NCBI GenBank assembly: GCA_945862025.1
Contig: CAMAWU010000001.1
Location: 2,947-66,946 of the forward strand
Reading direction: 5' to 3'
DNA from: Ferrithrix thermotolerans DSM 19514
GTDB taxonomy: Bacteria > Actinomycetota > Acidimicrobiia > Acidimicrobiales > Ilumatobacteraceae
Length of the DNA: 64,000 bases
Shown piece after piece: positions 57,868 to 64,000 of the stretch. Within the stretch, counting starts at the first letter, position 1; each line of letters starts with the position of its first letter. The notes under the pieces were generated by a model. It made no database searches. It had not been told where the DNA came from and saw nothing but the letters and a program-made list of their open reading frames with translations. The translations under genes and the position numbers were made by a program.

Positions 57868-59088
57868 TTAGTTGGGTTTTGGCTCTTTAGGCAATCCAAG
57901 AACCATCTCGCCAATTATGTTGCGTTGAACTTGAGACGAACCTGCATAAATCGTGCCGGCGCGCGCATTCAAAAACGTCATCGCCCAACTCATCGAACTA
58001 TTTTCAGCGCCACCGTCATCGGTTTGAAACGACGAAATTGGTTTGCGTCCAACAGGCACAAGTCCTTCTGCTCCAAGAATATCCATCGCAAGTTCAGTAA
58101 CTATCTTGTGGTACTCACTCCAGTACAACTTTGAAATTGCACCGTCTGGCCCAGGGTGATGACCTGCAATAAACTTTGTCAGAGTTCGCAGACCGAGATA
58201 TTTCATGATTTGAACTCGGCCATAGCAGTCGCTCAAGCGCTGACGAATTCTCGGGTCGTTGGCAACACCTCGATCTTTAGCTAGAGCCAGAAGTCGATCG
58301 AACTCTGCTTGAAATCTAATTGACAATGTTGCTGCTGCTTCTCCACGCTCATAACCAAGCAATGACATCGCAACTGCCCAACCATTATTTAGTCCACCAA
58401 CTACATTTTCTTTTGGACAAGTGACATCCGTATAAAAAATTTCATTGAACTCACTCTCACCTGAGAGCATTCGAATTGGACGAACTTCAATACCCGGTTG
58501 ACGCATATCAACCAATAGAAACGAAATACCTTTGTGCTTTGGTGCATCTGGGTTTGTCCGCGCGAGCGTAAAAATATGGGTCGCATACTGACCGGCTGAC
58601 GTCCAAATTTTTTGTCCGTTCAAAATAAATTGATCACCGTCGAGTGTTGCCTTGAGACCGACGTTGCCCAGATCTGAACCAGCGTTCGGCTCGCTGTATC
58701 CCTGACACCAAGTATCTTGACCCGAAATAATTCGTGGCAAGTAATATCTTTTTTGCTCTTCGGTACCCCAGACCAACAAAGTGTTGCCGAGCATTTGAAT
58801 ACCAAAAGTGTCATTGAACGAACCTGTTGGAACACCAGCGTGTGCAAATTCTTCGGCGACAATAACTTGCTCTAACGCCGAGAGTCCTCCACCGCCGTAT
58901 TCAACTGGCCAACCAGGCGCAAGATATGGACTCGACGCCAAAGTTTGTCGCCACTGCTTCATAAACTCTTCAACCGCTTTACCTTCGAGCGAACCGATGC
59001 CCTTCCATGTCGCGGGAAGTTTCTCCGCTAAAAACGCCTGAACTTTCTCTCGATATTCTTCGGCCTGCGGCTCATACATCGGTCTCAT
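57868..59088 (-). CDS. Acyl-CoA dehydrogenase family protein
   Basis: YSEPNAGSDLGNVGLKATLDGDQFILNGQKIWTS and the C-terminal IYAGSSQVQRNIIGE. ATG 59088 (MRPMYEPQAEEY) overlaps the ROK stop as ATGA. The longest ORF begins at 59163. Confidence 0.9.
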   Translation of the reverse strand: MRPMYEPQAEEYREKVQAFLAEKLPATWKGIGSLEGKAVEEFMKQWRQTLASSPYLAPGWPVEYGGGGLSALEQVIVAEEFAHAGVPTGSFNDTFGIQMLGNTLLVWGTEEQKRYYLPRIISGQDTWCQGYSEPNAGSDLGNVGLKATLDGDQFILNGQKIWTSAGQYATHIFTLARTNPDAPKHKGISFLLVDMRQPGIEVRPIRMLSGESEFNEIFYTDVTCPKENVVGGLNNGWAVAMSLLGYERGEAAATLSIRFQAEFDRLLALAKDRGVANDPRIRQRLSDCYGRVQIMKYLGLRTLTKFIAGHHPGPDGAISKLYWSEYHKIVTELAMDILGAEGLVPVGRKPISSFQTDDGGAENSSMSWAMTFLNARAGTIYAGSSQVQRNIIGEMVLGLPKEPKPN

Positions 59089-59945
59089 AGACCACAGCCT
59101 AGATTGCGCGCTACTGCTGCCGCCCCAACGAGCGGCGATAATTGACCAAGCCCAGCAGGGCAAACAGTGAAGTCACGAATAAATTCAATTTTTGCACTGC
59201 GATCTAGTTCGCTTTGTACAGCCTCGAAGAATGGCTTACCAAAACCAAGTGCGACCGAGCCAGCGATTACAGCGCTTCGCAGATCAACAATTGCGCCAAC
59301 ACTTGTAAGTGCTCGGGCCACTAGCCGTCCAGTGTTTTGAACGACTTCCGGGCTGGCCTGCGCAGCAGGTTTACCTGTGATTGCTTCAATAGATCGCCCC
59401 GAGGCATGCGCTTCTAGACACCCGTGTGAACCGCATGCGCAAAGTCGGCCATCAGGTTCAACGATTACATGACCGATATGACCTGCGTTGCCGATGCGAC
59501 CATTTAAAACTTTTCCACCAGAAATGATTCCACCGCCAACACCTGTAGAAACAACCATGCCGACAACATCGGTCTGACCTGCAACCGCACCACACCACAC
59601 TTCGCCCTGAACCAACGCCTTTGCATCATTATCAATATGAACGGTCATCTGCAGGAGATCCTGCAATTTTGATCGCAATGGAAAATCTCGCCATTCAGGA
59701 ATATGTAGCGTCGAAACAAGTTCGCCATCTGGGCTCATCGGTCCACCACATCCAACGCCACAACTAACGATCTCAACGTCGGTCAAAGCAATTTGCGATT
59801 TTATTAAGTCACTTAGTGCTTGCCATACATTGCTTTGAGGAGTCTCGGCACGACCATGAGAAAGCACTTCTCCTGACAGTGAAACAACACCTACCGAGAG
59901 TTTTGTACCACCAATATCAATTGCGAAATAGCCACGATTAGCCAC
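59085..59945 (-). CDS. ROK family sugar kinase (glucokinase-like)
   Basis: 286 aa. AIDIGGTKLSVGVV ATP-binding N-terminus and the ROK zinc motif CACGSHGCLEAHASG. Confidence 0.85.
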   Translation of the reverse strand: MANRGYFAIDIGGTKLSVGVVSLSGEVLSHGRAETPQSNVWQALSDLIKSQIALTDVEIVSCGVGCGGPMSPDGELVSTLHIPEWRDFPLRSKLQDLLQMTVHIDNDAKALVQGEVWCGAVAGQTDVVGMVVSTGVGGGIISGGKVLNGRIGNAGHIGHVIVEPDGRLCACGSHGCLEAHASGRSIEAITGKPAAQASPEVVQNTGRLVARALTSVGAIVDLRSAVIAGSVALGFGKPFFEAVQSELDRSAKIEFIRDFTVCPAGLGQLSPLVGAAAVARNLGCGL

Positions 59946-59957
59946 GCAAAGTTAGCT

Positions 59958-60311
59958 TTAGCGCTCGCGTGTAAACTTCTCACGCATGCGTTGAGCGTTC
60001 ACTCGCGATGCGCGCAATGATTCTGTGACATCGCGTAAACCAACTTTTGACATCGCACGTAGTTGGCGCTCAACAATCAGTGCACAACCCAACATTGCCA
60101 AGAATCCGATGAAGGCTAAAACAAAATGCACCTGCAAGCCAAGAACAGTTAGCACCAGTGAAACAACAACTCCGATGCCTGCCCACCATGCAGTTTTTGC
60201 CGAATGTCGATACAGACCTTTTGACGAGACAGCCTGTGCAAATTTTTCGTCGGTCTTAAGATCGTGCTCAATTTGCGCAAGAATCTGACGCTCATTATCT
60301 GATAACGGCAT
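59958..60311 (-). CDS. DUF3040 domain membrane protein
   Basis: 117 aa. MPLSDNERQILAQIEHDL is the DUF3040 N-terminal signature, followed by two TM helices. Confidence 0.75.
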   Translation of the reverse strand: MPLSDNERQILAQIEHDLKTDEKFAQAVSSKGLYRHSAKTAWWAGIGVVVSLVLTVLGLQVHFVLAFIGFLAMLGCALIVERQLRAMSKVGLRDVTESLRASRVNAQRMREKFTRER

Positions 60312-60393
60312 GTTGCCTCCGGCTACTTAGTATCATTTATTACAAATTTATTACAAACTCGTAACTTTCATTGTAGTTTAGGCTAAAGCCGTT

Positions 60394-61677
60394 CTACTTT
60401 GTTCTTGGGTCGCTCGGACCCCACTTTGAAGAATTTGGATCTCGCTCATGTGCCAATGTGCTCGCTGGCTTGATTGCCGAGTCACCAAAACGATCGCGTA
60501 TTTCATCAATTGCTAAAGTAGTAGTGCTCCACGCGGCATCCAAATTATTTGCAGAACCATCACCAGATGATGTGTCAAACAAACTCATTTGCTGGTCTGG
60601 TTCAACAAGATTTCTGGCGCTAATTCCAATCAAACGAACACCACTCTTTAAATCAATTTTTCGCAGCAGCGGTTCTATTAATCGAATCATTGCTGGCGCA
60701 GACGACACAGGCACATCAACGCTCACAGACCGCGTCACTAATTGAAAATCAGCAAATTTGATTTTGAGCGAAATAGTTCTTGCACCGACGCCAGAGTTTC
60801 GGCATCTTGCGGCCACTGCATCCGCGAGGCGAACAAGGTGATCATGAGCAAGTTCATACTCTGTAATATCGCTCGAAAATGTTTCTTCGTGTCCAATTGA
60901 TTTGGCATCGCGATCAGGTTCAACAAGGCGATAATCAATCCCTTGTGCAAGAGCGGCCAAGTGTTGGCCAAGAGAATCACCAAGCACTGCAACCAGCAAC
61001 TTTGGATCAAAATTTGCCAGGTCGCCAACTGTTTTTATTTCAAGACCAGTGAGTTTTTCAAGTGTCACTGGCCCAACACCCCACAATGCACCAACTGCGA
61101 TGGGGTGCAAAAATTCAAGTTCATGACCTGGCGTGACTTCATAGACTCCATGTCCGGCGACAACCCCATCCTTAGATGCTTGGGGCTTGGCAACAACCGA
61201 TGCAAGTTTTGCTAAGAACTTGTTTGGTGCAATTCCGACACTGCATTTAAGTTGTGTTACTTGTTCAACGCGTCGTCGGACTTCGCAAGCGATAGTTACT
61301 GAGTTGCCGAATAATCGAAGCGACCCTGTGACATCCAAAAATGCTTCATCAAGTGACAGACCTTCGACTAATGGCGTGAACTCATTGAATACCTCAAAAA
61401 CTTCACGACTGACATCTGAGTAAAGTTCGTGGTCACCAGGCAAAAAAATTGCTTGCGGACAAAGGCGTTTTGCCTGGGCCGATGACATCGCTGAGAAAAC
61501 TCCAAATCGACGAGCTTCATACGATGCCGCTGCGACCACCCCGCGCGCACCGTCACCGCCAACGACAACTGGTCGCCCAACAAGTTGAGGATTTCGGCGC
61601 AATTCAACTGCGACATAAAACATGTCCATATCGACATGCAAAATCGTTCGCAAATTGACTGAGTTATTAATATCCAC
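60394..61677 (-). CDS. dinB: DNA polymerase IV (Y-family)
   Basis: 427 aa. ILHVDMDMFYVAVE, SLDEAFLDVTG and the little-finger domain. Confidence 0.92.
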   Translation of the reverse strand: MDINNSVNLRTILHVDMDMFYVAVELRRNPQLVGRPVVVGGDGARGVVAAASYEARRFGVFSAMSSAQAKRLCPQAIFLPGDHELYSDVSREVFEVFNEFTPLVEGLSLDEAFLDVTGSLRLFGNSVTIACEVRRRVEQVTQLKCSVGIAPNKFLAKLASVVAKPQASKDGVVAGHGVYEVTPGHELEFLHPIAVGALWGVGPVTLEKLTGLEIKTVGDLANFDPKLLVAVLGDSLGQHLAALAQGIDYRLVEPDRDAKSIGHEETFSSDITEYELAHDHLVRLADAVAARCRNSGVGARTISLKIKFADFQLVTRSVSVDVPVSSAPAMIRLIEPLLRKIDLKSGVRLIGISARNLVEPDQQMSLFDTSSGDGSANNLDAAWSTTTLAIDEIRDRFGDSAIKPASTLAHERDPNSSKWGPSDPRTK

Positions 61678-61733
61678 TTACGAAACGCTAGCCATCCATT
61701 GCAACTTCGTTTTGCGAACCTACGCTCATAAAG

Positions 61734-62009
61734 ATGAATGCAAGCCAGACAGACCGCACAGGCCAACTTTCAGCGTTGCCTTCTGTAACTGCCAGAGCAT
61801 TCGCCTTCGTTGGAATAATTATTGCAGGTCTAGCCGGGGCACTGATCGGGTTTTCGTTGATTGATCTGCAATGTGATGGCGCTTGTGATTTGCCGAACTC
61901 AATCGGTCTGGTCACTGGTGCTGTGGTCAGCGCAATCGGTATGAGCATCGTTGTAGTTCTCGTGTTACGTGCGCTCGGTGAATGGCGCGAACTTGAGGAT
62001 CACAAATGA
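61734..62009 (+). CDS. Hypothetical small membrane protein (2 TM)
   Basis: 91 aa. Hydrophobic segments FAFVGIIIAGLAGALIGFSLI and VTGAVVSAIGMSIVVVLVL. The stop overlaps the start of the downstream IMPase gene (ATGA). Confidence 0.5.
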   Translation: MNASQTDRTGQLSALPSVTARAFAFVGIIIAGLAGALIGFSLIDLQCDGACDLPNSIGLVTGAVVSAIGMSIVVVLVLRALGEWRELEDHK

Positions 62010-62815
62010 CAAGTTCAGCAACTGGTTCATTAGCAAGCACGACGGCTCGTTTGCTAGAAATTTGTATCGAACTTGCCGTGACAGGTGGCAAGCGGGCATT
62101 TGAAGGTCGTCGAATTGGGCTTAAAGATGTTCAGACGAAAACCACGAGCACAGACATGGTTACTGAGTTTGACAAGGCCACGGAGAAATATATTGTCGGC
62201 GAGATTCGTGCCCGCCGCCCAAACGATTCAATTATCGGCGAAGAAGGCGGCTCACACACTGGCGACAGTGGCTTCACCTGGTGCATTGACCCGATTGACG
62301 GCACAACTAACTTTTTGTACGCACTACCAAGTTGGAGTGTCTCAATTGGCGTTAGCGATGAAAATGGCCCGTTAGTTGGTGTCGTATATATACCTGCTCT
62401 TGACGAGACGTTTACGGCGACTCGTGGTGGCGGGGCATTTTTGAATGGTACAAAGATTCACTGCAATCAAATCACAGATATTTCAAAGGCGCTCGTTTGC
62501 ACTGGTTTTAGTTATTCACCTGAGCAGCGAACCTTGCAATCAAAGCGAGTCTCAACTTTTATTCACCAGGTACGCGACATCCGCCGGCTTGGCGCGGCAA
62601 GTATTGACATCTGCTTTGTGGCTTGTGGCAGAGTTGACGCATACTTTGAAGAAAATTTGCATTCATGGGATATTGCGGCTGGTGAATTAATCGCAATTGA
62701 GGCCGGTGCGCGAAGTGGAAGTTTCAGCGGTGGACTTTCGAGCCCGGCCGAAATAATGATCGCGAGCCCCGGAATTTTTGATGCATTAAGCGAACTCGTG
62801 TGCGAGCACTCTTAG
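62006..62815 (+). CDS. Inositol monophosphatase family protein (SuhB/ImpA-like)
   Basis: 269 aa. The IMPase motifs GEEGG, WCIDPIDGTTNF and WDIAAG. The specific paralog (SuhB, ImpA, HisN or CysQ) cannot be decided by eye. Confidence 0.85.
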   Translation: MTSSATGSLASTTARLLEICIELAVTGGKRAFEGRRIGLKDVQTKTTSTDMVTEFDKATEKYIVGEIRARRPNDSIIGEEGGSHTGDSGFTWCIDPIDGTTNFLYALPSWSVSIGVSDENGPLVGVVYIPALDETFTATRGGGAFLNGTKIHCNQITDISKALVCTGFSYSPEQRTLQSKRVSTFIHQVRDIRRLGAASIDICFVACGRVDAYFEENLHSWDIAAGELIAIEAGARSGSFSGGLSSPAEIMIASPGIFDALSELVCEHS

Positions 62816-62848
62816 CTACTCTATTTAAAATGTGAACACTTCAAAAAA

Positions 62849-64000
62849 ATGAGTGTCGTAATCGCAATTGATGCCGGTACAACTGGAGTTCGCTCTCGAG
62901 CGGTGTTTGACGACGGAACTCCATCAATTAGTTCGTACCGAGAGTTCACGCAATATTTTCCGCAACCTGGTTGGGTCGAGCATGATGCACAAGAAATTTG
63001 GCAATCAGTGCTGGCAACTTTGCAACAAGTTACAGCGCAGTTAAATCAGACTGTGGCGGCAATTGGTATTACTAATCAGCGCGAAACAGTTGTTGCGTGG
63101 AGCAAACTAACTGGCAAACCCTATGGCCCAGCGATTGTCTGGCAAGACCGACGCACTGCCGATCGATGTTTGGAACTCGCCGAGAATCTGCCGATAGTCA
63201 GACAACAAACAGGCTTGGTTTTAGATCCGTATTTTTCTGGAACCAAAATTGAATGGTTACTTACGAACCGCGAACTTCGACAAGACGACGACCTATGCAT
63301 CGGGACAATTGACTCGTGGTTGATCTGGAATCTCACTGGTGGAAAATCTTTTGTTACCGACTGCACAAACGCCAGTCGAACAATGCTGTTTGATATCACC
63401 AAAATGAAGTGGAGCAAAGAACTCACAAAGATGCTCGGTATCCAAATTAAATTTTTACCAGAAGTTCGTCCATCAAGCGGCGATTTCGGTGTGACCGTTG
63501 AACACGGATCACTGCCCGCAGGTATCGCAATCACCGGAGTTGCTGGTGACCAGCACGCGGCGTTATTTGGTCAAGCATGTTTCACACCGGGCAGTACTAA
63601 AAACACATACGGAACTGGAAGTTTTGTGCTGATGAATGTTGGCACGACCTGCCCATCCCCAAAAGATGGAATTCTGACAACACTCGCCTGGCAACTTGGT
63701 TCAGAAAAACCCGTGTATGCACTTGAAGGTGCAATCTTTGTAACCGGAGCCGCAATTCAATGGCTTCGTGATGGATTAAACATTATTGATAACGCAAGTG
63801 AGATCACTCCATTAGCGCAAAGCGTCACCGACTCGGGAGGTGTGGTTGTTGTGCCAGCGTTCACTGGTCTTGGCAGTCCATGGTGGGATGCTTATGCCCG
63901 TGGTTCAATTTTCGGAATCACACGCGGCACTTCGCGCGCGCACATTGCACGTGCGACAATTGAATCAATAGTTTTTCAAACTCGCGATGTAGTTGAGTCA
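62849..64000 (+). CDS. glpK: Glycerol kinase (N-terminal 384 codons; runs off the right edge)
   Basis: Not in the ORF track because it is open-ended. Manual translation from ATG 62849 gives MSVVIAIDAGTTGVRSRAVFDDGTPSISSYREFTQYFPQPGWVEHDAQEIW..., then GITNQRETVVAWS and the later GDQHAALFGQ. These are classic FGGY GlpK motifs. Confidence 0.93.
   Translation, partial: MSVVIAIDAGTTGVRSRAVFDDGTPSISSYREFTQYFPQPGWVEHDAQEIWQSVLATLQQVTAQLNQTVAAIGITNQRETVVAWSKLTGKPYGPAIVWQDRRTADRCLELAENLPIVRQQTGLVLDPYFSGTKIEWLLTNRELRQDDDLCIGTIDSWLIWNLTGGKSFVTDCTNASRTMLFDITKMKWSKELTKMLGIQIKFLPEVRPSSGDFGVTVEHGSLPAGIAITGVAGDQHAALFGQACFTPGSTKNTYGTGSFVLMNVGTTCPSPKDGILTTLAWQLGSEKPVYALEGAIFVTGAAIQWLRDGLNIIDNASEITPLAQSVTDSGGVVVVPAFTGLGSPWWDAYARGSIFGITRGTSRAHIARATIESIVFQTRDVVES

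Noticed and set aside
61678-61760. I looked for a LexA SOS box (GAAC-N4-GTTC type) or a PafBC/RecA-independent promoter motif upstream of dinB.
   Set aside because: I found only weak partial matches (ttcg-N5-cgaa, and tgtctggc without a properly spaced TANNNT). That is not enough to call a site.
1-64000. I scanned the intergenic regions for tRNA, rRNA, IS elements, integrases, prophage genes or toxin-antitoxin pairs.
   Set aside because: No spacer exceeds about 280 bp, and none has tRNA-like T-arm or acceptor features. Every long ORF has a housekeeping assignment or sits in a tightly coupled operon.

Overview
This window is a very densely packed housekeeping region, roughly 95% coding and mid-40s to ~50% GC by eye. 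It comes from a streamlined Actinomycetota chromosome, and nearly all genes are on the minus strand.

Gene order, reading the minus strand from right to left:
- dinB, DUF3040, ROK sugar kinase, acyl-CoA dehydrogenase, an 85-aa ORF, HNH endonuclease and an LplA-like protein.
- A complete dcw division/cell-wall cluster: mraZ, rsmH, ftsL-like, ftsI, murE, mraY, murD, ftsW, murG::murC, murB::ftsQ, ftsZ, yggS, sepF, yggT.
- ileS, a lysine-repeat/DksA-like (DdbA-like) protein, lspA and rluD.
- An alkaline-phosphatase-family protein, a bpa-like gene and dnaE.
- mshC and an F420 reductase.
- thrS, HIT, pgsA, a PIM acyltransferase and pimA (phosphatidylinositol-mannoside cluster).
- lemA, htpX and a DUF3048 lipoprotein.
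- pdxS, pdxT, yebC, ruvCAB, queA, tgt, yajC and secDF.

Plus-strand islands hold an LLM oxidoreductase, fabI plus an S8 protease plus a thioredoxin-domain protein, an Rrf2 regulator, and an inositol monophosphatase followed by glpK. The mycothiol, PI/PIM and F420 genes, the MraZ boxes and the mycobacterial-type synteny support the phylum call.

I found no rRNA, tRNA, CRISPR array, IS element or prophage. I see no convincing novel multi-gene accessory system, because this is core genome.

The points most worth a second look:
- Two consecutive in-frame fusions, MurG-MurC and MurB-FtsQ, inside a dcw cluster that lacks murF, ddl, pgeF and divIVA.
- A histone-H1-like hexapeptide-repeat protein fused to a cysteine-less DksA-like domain.
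- A tetrapeptide-repeat FtsL.
- A nested-helix structured leader between mraZ and rsmH, consistent with the mraW RNA motif.
- A five-unit, 10-bp-phased TGGGN MraZ-box array.
- A bpa-like gene translationally coupled to dnaE.

The ORF track uses ATG, GTG and TTG starts and reports the longest ORFs. I trimmed several starts to the start codon that abuts the upstream gene's stop.
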